The translations under genes and the position numbers were made by a program. DNA of 64,000 nucleotides, taken from positions 1,024,001 through 1,088,000 of the forward strand of contig JAWLHY010000001.1 in assembly GCA_041690135.1 (NCBI GenBank). The letters run 5' to 3'. Position 1 is the stretch's first letter, and each line of letters starts with the position of its first letter. The DNA comes from Armatimonadota bacterium. GTDB lineage: Bacteria; Armatimonadota; SYMT01. Positions 10,087 through 19,710 of the stretch are shown piece after piece. The notes under the pieces are model-generated. The model saw only the letters and a list, made by a program, of their open reading frames with translations. It was not told where the DNA came from and made no database searches.

Positions 10087-13000
10087 CACCCTCGTTATTG
10101 GCCTGGGCGGAGCCGGCGCGACGGTTTGCCGTCGCCTGCTGGAACGGATCATTCCCGCATTCGACAGCCCGGTTCCGGCCTTCGGGCGGGGAGTGCGCCC
10201 GCCGGACGTGCTGGTCCTGGATACCGACCGGGGGACCGGACAGGTGTTCGGGGACCGGAGCCTGGTGCTAACGGCGAACACCGCGGTCCTTGATGCCGCC
10301 TACCGGACGCCGGAACGGTTCCACGCGGAGTGGATCGACCGCCGCATCCTGCGGGGCCGCGGCTCTCTGGAGCAGGGCACCCGCGGCCAGCGGATGCTGG
10401 GGCGGTTCCTGTTCCTGCTGCCGGAAAACCGCGGCGCGGTCCGCGAGCGGATCGGCAAGTGGCTGAACAACCGTCCCGACAAGGAGGCGCCCGCGCGGGT
10501 CTATGTGGTGGCGGGCGCGTTCGGCGGCACCGGCGGCGGCGCATTGGTGGATCTCGGTTATCTGCTGCAGGACGCGGCCGCTCAGGCCGGGGCCGGGCTG
10601 GATGCGCGCGGCATCCTCTTCGTTCCCCCGCCGGGCGACGCGCAGACCTCCCCCAACAGCTTCGCGACTCTGACTGAGCTCCACTATTTCGCCGACCCGT
10701 TCACCCGCTACCGGGCGCACCTCGACGACAGCGACACTCCCTTCGAAACCCGCCGCGCGCCCTATTCGCGGGTGAGCCTGCTGACCTCCGTCACTCCGGA
10801 AGGCGGCACGCTGCCGCTGGTCGAGCTGCAGGAGCGGGCCAGCGTGTACCTGTTGACTGCAACTATGGCGGACGACGGCCACTGGGAGAAGGAACGGGGG
10901 CAGCGCGAAGGCCAGATCCACGCGGTGGATACCGACGGAAACCCGCAGGTCTTCTCCACCTTCGGTACGGAGTGGGTCGAGTATCCGGAAGATCGCCTGG
11001 TCAGCGCCGTCTACCGCAACCTGGTCCGGCGCTCGCTGGTCCCGTGGCTTTCCGGCGATCATCCCGTGAGCGTGGCGGATATGCGTCCGGACCTGCCGAT
11101 GACCGACCCCGAGGCGCTTGCGGCGCGGATGGTGCCGGTGCGCCCGGGCGATGAGCCGCCGGAGGCGATCTACCGCCCGGTGAAGACCCGGCTCCCGTGG
11201 ATCCACAAGGCGCCCGCGCACCAGTGGAACGTGATGGACCAGGAGTTGACGGCGCAGCTTACCGAGGCGACCGGAATCCCTCCCTCTCCGGGGCGTCCGG
11301 GCAAGGGGCCGGTGGCGGAGAAATACCGGGCCTTGCGGGAGGAGGCCCTGGCCGGTTTCCGCCAGCGGGCGCGGGACCGGATGTGCCAGGAGAACACGAG
11401 CCTGGAGCGCGTCGCTCGGGCCCTGAACGAGGCCGCCGCCGAGCTGCGGACCCAGGTCGATCCCGTGGCCCAGTGGGACGGCGCCCGGCAGGCCGGCGAG
11501 ATGGCCCGGAGGCGGGTCTTGTGGTGCGGCGCCGCCGTCCGCAAGGACCCCTTCCTCTTCTTCTGGCGCCGGGTCGCGCTGCAGAAGCTGGCCCTCGATT
11601 ACGATCGCATCGCCCGCCTGTACATCTTCTCCCACTTCCAGGCCTCCACGCTCCCCTACCTCAAGGAGCTGCGGGAGTTCCTGCTCGAGCCCGTGCGGAC
11701 TTGGGCGGGACGAATCGGCGAGGCGGGCGCCCTGTTCGCCAAGCTGAGCCGCGCCTGGGCGGACCACGAATCCGCCATGCTGGAGCGCCTCCGGAAGGAT
11801 GAGGAAGAGCACCGCCTGGCGCTGGGAATGCTGCGTCTACCCGGCGCGGAGACGCCCTACGTCGCCAACTCCGGGTGGAACCTCCCCTATTGCCGCCCGG
11901 AAGATGAAAAGGCGGCCATCCGGGACCTGCGGGCCGGTTGGATCCAGCTCCTCGTCGACCGCGAGGACGGGATCCTGGCGCTCCCCGGCCGGTCGGTCCT
12001 GGACGGCACCGCCGCGGAGACCCGGGAAGACCGCCTTCCCTGGCTGATGCCGTCTTCGTACTCGGCGCTCCCCGAGGCGGCGACCGCGCAGATGCGGCAG
12101 GTGGTCAGCCTGATCGACCGGGAGCTGCGCACTCGCCTGGAAGACCGGCTCCGCACCTGGCTTTCCGCCACGGCCTTCCAGCGCCTGGCCGAGCAGCACC
12201 GCGACCCGATCCAGCTCGAGTTCGAGCTGCGGCGGATGGTGAACGTTTCCAGCGAGCTGCCGGCGCTGGAGCCGCCGCATGCCCGGCCGGCTGGTCTCCC
12301 GCCGGAGTATCAGCTCATTTTCTTCAGCGATTTGAAGACCGGGCAGGTGCCTTCGGCGCTGAACATGGTGGTGGACGGAGCCAACCAGGAACATCCCACG
12401 TGCCTGGTGCCGTCGCGCTCTCCGCACTACCTCACCGCCGTCACCGAACATGCCGGTTTCGCCCTCTCCCGCTGCCCCGCTTACCACCACCTGGAAGAGG
12501 TCTACCGGGAATGGTACCGGCGATTGGATGCGGAAGTCCCGCTTCCGTTCAGCCGCGCGGACGTGCCCTGGCTCTCCGCTACGCTCGTAACGGGAGAACG
12601 GATGCGCGCGGCGTCCGACGTGCTCCTTCTCGCCCTGGCACTCGGAATTCTGCATTCCGGGCCGGATGGTCAGATCCCCCTTCCGGGCAACATCATCGCG
12701 CCCGAACCGCGCGAGCCCCGGTTTCCGCTGCCCGGAGAGTTCGATCTCGCGGTGCGCCAGCTCGCCGGAGATACGGCCGCCCTGGCAGCCGTAGCCCAGG
12801 CCGTCGATCGGGCGGTCCAGGGACGCGGTGCTTCCTGGTGCTCGCTTCAGGTCGAGCGAGCCCTGCGCGGCGAGTTGACGCTGCCGGTCACCTTTCCCGG
12901 CACCAACCCCCTGCTGCAGCACCGGTCGCTCCGGCTGGCGGCCCAGCGGGCCGTGTCAAGATACGAGGACTTGCTGGAAGAGTTCGCGGGCACGCCCACC

Positions 13001-14344
13001 GCGCGCGACAGCCAGTGGCTCGCCGTGGGGCCGCGGCACTACTGCCCGGCTTGCGCCCAGGACCTGGGCGAAAGTGCCGAGGCGCTGCCCGGGTTCTGCC
13101 CCAGTTGTCGCGAGCCGCTGCTGCTCCACAAGGCGCACAACGTGGCGGCCTCGGACGGCTTCCGGCGCATTCCCAACCCGTTCGTCGTCGGCACGCCGCT
13201 CGAGACGGGCACGAACGTCTTCGTGGGTCGCGAGGACATCGTCCAGCAGATCCGCGACCGCCTCATCCGGCCGGCGCAGCGGACGATTCTGATTCTCATC
13301 GGCGAGCGGCGCTGCGGCAAGACCTCCGCGCTCCGCCAGTTAAAGAACCAGCAGTTGGGCGACCTGCATCCCCTCTTCATCGACATGCAGGGCCTCACCG
13401 CCACGGATCTCCCCGGGTTTGTCTGGTGGCTCGCCTGGCGGATGAAGGACGCGCTGGACGAGCGGGGCGTGCAGGTCGAGTTGCCGACCTGGGAACAGTT
13501 CAGCTCCAACCCACCGGACTACCAGTTCGAGACGGTAATCCTGCCCGAGGTGCGCCGGAAGCTGCAGGGCGGTCGCGTCCTCCTGATGCTGGACGAGTTC
13601 GAAGTGCTCGCCCAGCGCGTGATCAACGGCACCTTCGACTCCCGTGCCTTCGACTACATCCGTCACCTGATGCAGCACGGCGAGGGCATCGAGTTCCTGT
13701 TTGCCGGCACCCACGTGCTGCGGCAGTTCGCGGCGAACTACGTCACCTTCCTGTTCAACATCGGCGTGTTCCTCGGAGTCGACTTCCTGCGCCCGCAGGA
13801 CGCGCTCCGGCTGGTCCAGGAGCCGGTTCAGGCCGCGGGGGTCACTTACACCGAAGAGGCCCTTGCGTCGATCCTGGAGTTGGGCGGGGCGCATCCCTAC
13901 TTCTCGCAGATGTTCGGGTTCCACCTGGTGGAGCGGTTGAACCGCCTGCGGAAGCGGAACGTGACCCGCGACGATGTGGAAGAAGAGGCCGGACCCGTGA
14001 TCGCCGCGGCGGGCGCTCACCTCGACCACGTGTGGGGCCAGCTTGGCGGCGCGGATCGCCTGCTGATCTCCTTCTTCACCGACTTCTGTCCGCGCGGGAA
14101 GTGGGCGCGTGAGGATGAGTTGCTGGCCGCCGCCATCCGTGACGATTCCACGCTTCGCCCGTTCATCTTCCGCACCGCCGTGGAGAAACTGATGGCCGTT
14201 GGCCTGCTCCGCGCGCGGCAGGAAAACACGGACGACGGCCGGCAGGTGCGCACGCTCGCCCTCACGGCCGAGGTCTACCGCCAGTGGCTGCAGACTTCTC
14301 ATGGTTACAGTCGCCTGCGGGAAGAGGGCGTGACCTGGGAGTAG
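10079..14344 (+). CDS. Tubulin-like (Tubulin_2/FtsZ-like) domain + Zn ribbon + STAND-type P-loop ATPase fusion
   Basis: VIGLGGAG, VLDTD, GQRMLGR, GAFGGTGGG, NSFATLTEL; CPAC..CPSC; NPFVVG, FVGRE, GERRCGKTS, LMLDEFE, GAHPYF. Confidence 0.85.
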   Translation: MPDTLVIGLGGAGATVCRRLLERIIPAFDSPVPAFGRGVRPPDVLVLDTDRGTGQVFGDRSLVLTANTAVLDAAYRTPERFHAEWIDRRILRGRGSLEQGTRGQRMLGRFLFLLPENRGAVRERIGKWLNNRPDKEAPARVYVVAGAFGGTGGGALVDLGYLLQDAAAQAGAGLDARGILFVPPPGDAQTSPNSFATLTELHYFADPFTRYRAHLDDSDTPFETRRAPYSRVSLLTSVTPEGGTLPLVELQERASVYLLTATMADDGHWEKERGQREGQIHAVDTDGNPQVFSTFGTEWVEYPEDRLVSAVYRNLVRRSLVPWLSGDHPVSVADMRPDLPMTDPEALAARMVPVRPGDEPPEAIYRPVKTRLPWIHKAPAHQWNVMDQELTAQLTEATGIPPSPGRPGKGPVAEKYRALREEALAGFRQRARDRMCQENTSLERVARALNEAAAELRTQVDPVAQWDGARQAGEMARRRVLWCGAAVRKDPFLFFWRRVALQKLALDYDRIARLYIFSHFQASTLPYLKELREFLLEPVRTWAGRIGEAGALFAKLSRAWADHESAMLERLRKDEEEHRLALGMLRLPGAETPYVANSGWNLPYCRPEDEKAAIRDLRAGWIQLLVDREDGILALPGRSVLDGTAAETREDRLPWLMPSSYSALPEAATAQMRQVVSLIDRELRTRLEDRLRTWLSATAFQRLAEQHRDPIQLEFELRRMVNVSSELPALEPPHARPAGLPPEYQLIFFSDLKTGQVPSALNMVVDGANQEHPTCLVPSRSPHYLTAVTEHAGFALSRCPAYHHLEEVYREWYRRLDAEVPLPFSRADVPWLSATLVTGERMRAASDVLLLALALGILHSGPDGQIPLPGNIIAPEPREPRFPLPGEFDLAVRQLAGDTAALAAVAQAVDRAVQGRGASWCSLQVERALRGELTLPVTFPGTNPLLQHRSLRLAAQRAVSRYEDLLEEFAGTPTARDSQWLAVGPRHYCPACAQDLGESAEALPGFCPSCREPLLLHKAHNVAASDGFRRIPNPFVVGTPLETGTNVFVGREDIVQQIRDRLIRPAQRTILILIGERRCGKTSALRQLKNQQLGDLHPLFIDMQGLTATDLPGFVWWLAWRMKDALDERGVQVELPTWEQFSSNPPDYQFETVILPEVRRKLQGGRVLLMLDEFEVLAQRVINGTFDSRAFDYIRHLMQHGEGIEFLFAGTHVLRQFAANYVTFLFNIGVFLGVDFLRPQDALRLVQEPVQAAGVTYTEEALASILELGGAHPYFSQMFGFHLVERLNRLRKRNVTRDDVEEEAGPVIAAAGAHLDHVWGQLGGADRLLISFFTDFCPRGKWAREDELLAAAIRDDSTLRPFIFRTAVEKLMAVGLLRARQENTDDGRQVRTLALTAEVYRQWLQTSHGYSRLREEGVTWE

Positions 14345-14377
14345 GCACGTAACCGGTCCCACCCCAAGGCGTCGGAG

Positions 14378-15667
14378 CTAAATGCCAGGGGTGGGACCGG
14401 TGTAGCCGGTCAGCTCCACGTATCCAACCCCGGCCACCGGCACATTGCGGTCCTTCCCTTCCACCCGCACGCTGCCTTCCCAGTAGGTGATCCCCGTGCT
14501 CTTGCCGGTGGTCAACTCCTGGTCCGCCACCGTGGGGGTCAGTTGGAGGTCGATCCCTTCTTCCGGGACTTTCACCTGCCACGCCGCGGGATAGACCGCG
14601 CCGGACTTCGAGCTCTTCCAGCTCTTCTGGTTCTCGATCTGGAAGGCGGCGAGGGGGAGGTGCTTCCAGGTGCCGTCCGCCTGCACGACCGTGCCACTCG
14701 ACATCGGCTCGATGCCGCCGCCCTGGAGGCGCAGGACGTACAGCATCAACTCGCGGCCGTTGTCGAGTTGCAGACTGAACCAGTCCCAGCCCTTCTGCAC
14801 CGGCGTTAACTGGTTGCTGCCGAACTCGTGGTCCATCCAGGAAAGACCCGTCACCTGCAGCTTCTCGCCCTGGAACGTCAGGGTGCCGGAAGTCTCCAGG
14901 CGGGTCATCGAATAGTAGTGCGAGGCGCGCCCCAGGCCGGCCGACTTCTGGCTGACCCCGTCGTGCCCGTGGACCACCGGCGCTTTTGCCGGGTGGAGGT
15001 CCAGCTCGATGGCGAACTCCGGGGCCGAGGCCCGAAGCCGGTGGGTCAGGTCATCGGCCAAGAGCTGCGCCGACCAGTCGTGGACCCACACATGGTAGCG
15101 GTCGGTGCGCGCCCCCGCCATTCCCAGGGCCGGGCGGCTGATTTGCTCCGTAAAGCGGAAGGTCCGCTGGTTCTCATCCGTAAGGGTGAAGTGCGCAAAG
15201 TAAAGCGTGTGCAGCGCCCAGGCGGACCGGCTCCGCTTCCGCTCCGGATCGATGCCCACCTGGAAAAAGGTCAACTCGAAGCCGAACTTCCGCTTCCCCT
15301 TCGCCAGGTGCCCCGTGTAATACCACCACTCCGTCTGGAACTCCGGGTGCGCCGCGTGATCCCGCGGGAAGTTGAACTGGTAGCCCGGAAGCGCCAGGAG
15401 ATACCCCCCTTCGGGATTAGGATTAGGATTAGGATGAAGATGAGTATTAGGAGCGGCGGGGGGCTGAGGCGGCGGTGTTCTTGCACCTGATGGATGTTTG
15501 GGTCCGGATCGATCGATGCTGGGGGACGCTTCCGAACTGGTCCGAGGAGGGGTGCCACGCGCCGGGAGGGCCGTTGGCGACGTTGCCGAGTATGCCACGG
15601 TGGCGGCGACCACGGTTCCCAACGCCAGGACTGCTCCGAGTATGCTTTTGAGGCCAATCTGAATCAC
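14378..15667 (-). CDS. Lipocalin-like AttH/CrtC family secreted protein
   Basis: FPRDHAAHPEFQTEWWYYTGHL, WMDHEFG, GWDWFSLQL, YWEG; signal-like N-terminus; GTG start 15667 uncertain. Confidence 0.88.
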   Translation of the reverse strand: MIQIGLKSILGAVLALGTVVAATVAYSATSPTALPARGTPPRTSSEASPSIDRSGPKHPSGARTPPPQPPAAPNTHLHPNPNPNPEGGYLLALPGYQFNFPRDHAAHPEFQTEWWYYTGHLAKGKRKFGFELTFFQVGIDPERKRSRSAWALHTLYFAHFTLTDENQRTFRFTEQISRPALGMAGARTDRYHVWVHDWSAQLLADDLTHRLRASAPEFAIELDLHPAKAPVVHGHDGVSQKSAGLGRASHYYSMTRLETSGTLTFQGEKLQVTGLSWMDHEFGSNQLTPVQKGWDWFSLQLDNGRELMLYVLRLQGGGIEPMSSGTVVQADGTWKHLPLAAFQIENQKSWKSSKSGAVYPAAWQVKVPEEGIDLQLTPTVADQELTTGKSTGITYWEGSVRVEGKDRNVPVAGVGYVELTGYTGPTPGI

Positions 15668-15765
15668 TTCGGCTTTGTCCCTATCGCCCGGCGACAGCAC
15701 GCCGGCGCTTTTCCCGTTCCCTATTCGCTCTATTCGCGTTATTCGCGGATCGCTTCCCTTCCCGA

Positions 15766-18369
15766 TCAATCCACCCGCATCGCCTCCGCGGCGACCTTGT
15801 TCGCGGCCAGGCGCGCGGGGACCAGGCCGGCGATAATAGCCGTCACCACCATCAGGACCACGGTCTGGACGAAGAGCCACGGCTCCAGGGTCCAGCGGAT
15901 GCTCCAGCCGAAGAACTGCTTGTTGATGACGTAGGTCAGCAGCAGCGAGAGCGCGATGCCGCAGACGCAGCCCAGAGCGGCGCCGATCAAACCGAGCAGA
16001 CCGCTCTCGACCAGGACCATCTTCCGGACCTGGCTGCGCATCGCTCCTACGCCGCGCAGCACGCCGATCTCTCGGCCGCGCTGCAGGATCAGCGCGGTGA
16101 GCGTGCTGATGACCCCCAGCACGGCCACCAGGATGGAGATTCCCTGGAGCGCATAGGTAATCTGGAAAGTCTGGTCGAAGATCACCATCACCCGAGACCG
16201 GAGCGTCCGGTTGGGCGTGACGTAGAGCGCCGCCCGGTCGCCCACGGCCGCCACGAACCGGTTGCGCACCTGGGAGACGTCGACACCCGGCTCGACATAG
16301 ATCGCCAGGCTCTCCGTCCGGCGGTCGCGCCACAGCTTCCAGAAGAGCGGGTAGTGGACCATCACCGCGCCGGCATCGGTGCTGTAGTCGTAGTAGATCC
16401 CCTCCACCCGCATCGGCGTCTCGCCGGCGGGCGTGGGCATCCGGATCGTGTCTCCCTCTTTCACCCGGTTGCGGAACGCGAAACTCTCCGAAACGATTGC
16501 CCCCTCCCCTTCCCGGGCCCGCGCCAGGATCTCGGCGGCATCCCCGCGGAGGAACTGCAACTGGCCGTGCTCTTCCTGCACCCGGAAGTTGATCCCCGCA
16601 ACGTAAGCGAGGCGGCCATTGTGGGTGACCTGGACCGATCTCAGCGTGTCCACGGCAGCTACCCCTGGCAGGTTTTCCGCTGCTTCGACGACCTCCGGCG
16701 GCAGGGCGGTCGCCGCGCCGGAGATGGTGCGGCCCACGGCCTCCACATACAGGTCGCCACGGATCGTCTGGCTGACCCAGGTGTCCACGGTCTTGCGGAA
16801 GCTGCCCACCATGATGGAGAGGCCGATCATCATGCCCACTGAAACCATCAGGGCCGCCACAACGACGCTGGTCCGGGCCACGGCCTCACGCAGGTAGCGG
16901 GCGCCCAGCATCCCTTCGATGCCGCCCACAGCACGGGCCAGGGGGGAAAGCAGCCGCTCTCCCAGCAGCGTGGTGCCGGGGGAGAGCAGCGAAAACCCGA
17001 TCAGCAGCAGGAACGCGCTGGCAAAGCCCCCGAGGGGCTGGCGCTCGCCGACGGTCCACGCCGCGAAGCCCGCGGCGGCGGCCAGCGTGGCGAAGCCTGC
17101 AACGGTGAACTTACCGAGGGGAAGCGGCTGGGCCTCGATCAGCGTGCCCTGCCTCACCGTGAGGCTCGGTGGCGTGAGCGAGGCCTCGATGGCCGGCCCC
17201 AGCGCCGAGAGGAGCGACATCCCCATCCCCAGCAGGAACCCCAGCGCATAGACCCGCGGGTCGAGATAGACGTTCTCCGCATGGACCACCAGGTACAGCG
17301 CGCTGATGGTCCGGGACACGGCGTGCAGCGCGCCCTGGGCCATCAGCGTTCCCAATGCCAGGCCGGCAAGACTCCCCGCAAAGCCGAGGAACAGCGCCTC
17401 CAGCAGGAAGAGACGCACTACCTGTCCACGCTCCAGTCCCAGGCTTCGCAGGATTCCGATCTCCCGCCGCCGGCGCAGCACGCTCATCGACACGGCATTG
17501 AAGATCAGGAACATGGACACGAAAAGGGCGATGAACGAGAGCGCCGTCAGGTTGAGGTCGAAGGCGCGAACCATATTCTCGACCTGCTGCGTCCGCCCCT
17601 GGGGCTGCGCCACGCGGACGTGGGCCGGCAACTGCCGCTCGATCGTCGCCCGGACCTGTTCCTTCTTCTGGGGATCGACGAGCAGATCGATCCGGTCGAG
17701 CTTGCCGAAGCGCTCGAACACTTCCTGGGCTACCGCGATGTCGGTGATGACGACGTTGCCCCCCATCGCCTGCTGAAGCTCCGGCGAGTCGAGGATCTGG
17801 CGCACGTTGAGAGTGAAGAGCCGGGCACCCGCCACCACAGTTACCGGGTCGCCTTCCTTCAACGCGTAGCGGTCGGCCAGCGAGCGGGTGACGGCGATAG
17901 CACGCGGATCGGTGAGAAACCGGAGCGCGGCAAACCGCTCCTCGCGGCGCGGCGGCTCGTACCGGGCAAACGGCTCTTCCGCGAACAGGTCCAGGCCCAG
18001 CAGCAGCAGGGTCTCCGGATAGGCCGTATCCTCGGCCGTTTTGAGCGAGATGGCCGGTCCCGTGGCCCGGCCCGGCGCGGCGCGCACGTGGACCTGGACG
18101 ACCGGGGCTGCGGCCTGCACTCCCGATGTGGATCGGATCGTCGTATAGAAGCGCTCGTCGAAGCCGCCCGTGTCCGAGACCACCTGGAGGTTGGCCTTCC
18201 CCGCCACGGCATCCACCGTATCGGCGAACGAGGCCATCGCGGAGTGGTTGGCGAGGCGGATACTGACGAAGACCGCCACCCCCAGGGCCACGCCCAGTAT
18301 GGTCAGCAGGCTGCGGCCGCCCTCCTGAAACAGGTGGCGTAGGGTAATCCAACGCGAAAGCGGGCCCAT
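15766..18369 (-). CDS. ABC transporter permease, double FtsX-type (AttF/G-like)
   Basis: RSLLTILGVALGV; RRREIGILRSLG and RGREIGVLRGVG repeats; sits between ATPase and AttH-like gene. Confidence 0.92.
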   Translation of the reverse strand: MGPLSRWITLRHLFQEGGRSLLTILGVALGVAVFVSIRLANHSAMASFADTVDAVAGKANLQVVSDTGGFDERFYTTIRSTSGVQAAAPVVQVHVRAAPGRATGPAISLKTAEDTAYPETLLLLGLDLFAEEPFARYEPPRREERFAALRFLTDPRAIAVTRSLADRYALKEGDPVTVVAGARLFTLNVRQILDSPELQQAMGGNVVITDIAVAQEVFERFGKLDRIDLLVDPQKKEQVRATIERQLPAHVRVAQPQGRTQQVENMVRAFDLNLTALSFIALFVSMFLIFNAVSMSVLRRRREIGILRSLGLERGQVVRLFLLEALFLGFAGSLAGLALGTLMAQGALHAVSRTISALYLVVHAENVYLDPRVYALGFLLGMGMSLLSALGPAIEASLTPPSLTVRQGTLIEAQPLPLGKFTVAGFATLAAAAGFAAWTVGERQPLGGFASAFLLLIGFSLLSPGTTLLGERLLSPLARAVGGIEGMLGARYLREAVARTSVVVAALMVSVGMMIGLSIMVGSFRKTVDTWVSQTIRGDLYVEAVGRTISGAATALPPEVVEAAENLPGVAAVDTLRSVQVTHNGRLAYVAGINFRVQEEHGQLQFLRGDAAEILARAREGEGAIVSESFAFRNRVKEGDTIRMPTPAGETPMRVEGIYYDYSTDAGAVMVHYPLFWKLWRDRRTESLAIYVEPGVDVSQVRNRFVAAVGDRAALYVTPNRTLRSRVMVIFDQTFQITYALQGISILVAVLGVISTLTALILQRGREIGVLRGVGAMRSQVRKMVLVESGLLGLIGAALGCVCGIALSLLLTYVINKQFFGWSIRWTLEPWLFVQTVVLMVVTAIIAGLVPARLAANKVAAEAMRVD

Positions 18370-18372
18370 CGC

Positions 18373-19107
18373 TCAGCGGCCCTCGTCCCGCACGACCCGG
18401 CCGTCCCGCAGTTCCACCGTTCGGCGCGCGACCGCCGCGGCTTCCAGGCTGTGCGTGACCAGAACGACCGTTACCCCGTGACGATCACCCACCTTCCGCA
18501 AGAGATCCATTACCTGTTCGGCAGTGCGGGAGTCGAGGTTGCCCGTCGGTTCATCCGCCAGGATCAGCGTGGGGTTGTGAATGAGCGCCCGGGCAATGGC
18601 GGTCCGCTGCATCTCACCCCCGGAAAGCGTGTGCGGCCGCGCGTTACGGCGATGGGCCATGGATACCTCGTCCAGCAGGGCGTCGGCGCGGGCCAAGGCA
18701 TCCTTCTCCGGATCGCCCGCCAGCAGCGCCGGCAGCGCCACGTTCTCGCGGACCGAAAGCGTGGGCAGCAGGTTGAAGAACTGGTACACCATCCCGAGCT
18801 TCTCGCGCCGCATCCGGGTGAGGGCACCGTCATCGAGGCGGCTCAGCTCGCGGTCGTCGATCCAGATCTGGCCGGAGGTCGGTTGATCGATCCCGGCGAG
18901 GAGGTTCAGGAGAGTGCTCTTCCCCGATCCGCTGCGACCGAGGATCGCCACGAATTCGCCGTGCGGAATGGAAAGTGAGATTCCATCGACCGCACGCACC
19001 CGCTGCTCGCCCAGCGGAAAATCCTTCACCACCTCCACCAGGCGCACAGCGGCGGCTTCGTAAGTATTCGCAACGCGGTTCTCAGGCAGGCTTTCCAGGC
19101 TCGTCAT
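18373..19107 (-). CDS. ABC transporter ATP-binding protein (AttE/LolD-like)
   Basis: GRSGSGKS, LSGGEMQR, ILADEPTGNLD, VTH. Confidence 0.95.
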   Translation of the reverse strand: MTSLESLPENRVANTYEAAAVRLVEVVKDFPLGEQRVRAVDGISLSIPHGEFVAILGRSGSGKSTLLNLLAGIDQPTSGQIWIDDRELSRLDDGALTRMRREKLGMVYQFFNLLPTLSVRENVALPALLAGDPEKDALARADALLDEVSMAHRRNARPHTLSGGEMQRTAIARALIHNPTLILADEPTGNLDSRTAEQVMDLLRKVGDRHGVTVVLVTHSLEAAAVARRTVELRDGRVVRDEGR

Positions 19108-19206
19108 GGGACATTCGTTCTCAGGGATCCAGCACTTCCGGGCAAACAATTCACTCTATCCTATACGCGGCCGAAGCGGATGCAAGGCAGCAAAAAGGGA
19201 GTGGCA

Positions 19207-19594
19207 CTCCTCTCTCGCGATCCGACCGGTTCGAAATCCCAGGCAACCCCCACTTTCCGTGGCAACCACCCATGACTTCGGCCTTCGACCTGGCACGGGC
19301 TGGGAGTCCCGACGCCAGTCGGGTTCCCCTTGCGACCACCGCCTCCGAACCCCGGATTGGCATCCGGACTCCCCTCTCGCACTCCGACCGGTTCGGAAGC
19401 CTGGAGCAACCCCCACGATCCGTGGCGATTACCAGGGTGTTCGCACTCGTACTCAGTGCGGAGTGGGAGTCCGGACGCCAGTCCGGTATTTCTTGCGACC
19501 ACCGTTTCCGAACCCCGGACTGGCGTCCGGACTCCCATTTCGAGCTCAGACAGGTTCCAAACCACTGGCGAACACCGCACTCAGCGGCAACCAC
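19207..19594. repeat. ~162-bp degenerate tandem repeat (~2.4 units) with REP-like inverted pairs (BIME-like)
   Basis: Units start near 19207, 19368, 19531; perfect 23-bp IR 19464-19486/19515-19537; imperfect copy near 19301-19373. Confidence 0.8.
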
Positions 19595-19638
19595 AGGTAA
19601 ACCGACTCCCTCCCTCGGGTGCCGTCTGAGCCAAAACA

Positions 19639-19673
19639 GGGATCCGGAGCTTGCCGCTCAAGCTCCGGATCCC
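19639..19673 (-). terminator. Intrinsic terminator after moeB
   Basis: gggatccggagcttg-ccgct-caagctccggatccc 15-bp stem, followed by TGTTTT on minus strand. Confidence 0.75.
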
Positions 19674-19710
19674 CGCACAGTGAACTGCCAGTATCGCTGC
19701 AAGCGATCGT

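Noticed and set aside
11938-14112. 724-aa alternative-frame ORF and similar long shadow ORFs (3990-5582, 27959-30229, 45742-47952)
   Set aside because: Pro/Arg/Ala-rich or antisense frames over well-supported genes, as expected at high GC
15668-16333. N-terminal extension of the 651-aa AttH ORF
   Set aside because: Out-of-frame overlap with the permease gene; GC-rich open-frame artefact
19207-19594. Possible CRISPR array
   Set aside because: Inter-repeat sequences are homologous, the period is ~162 bp and no cas genes are visible
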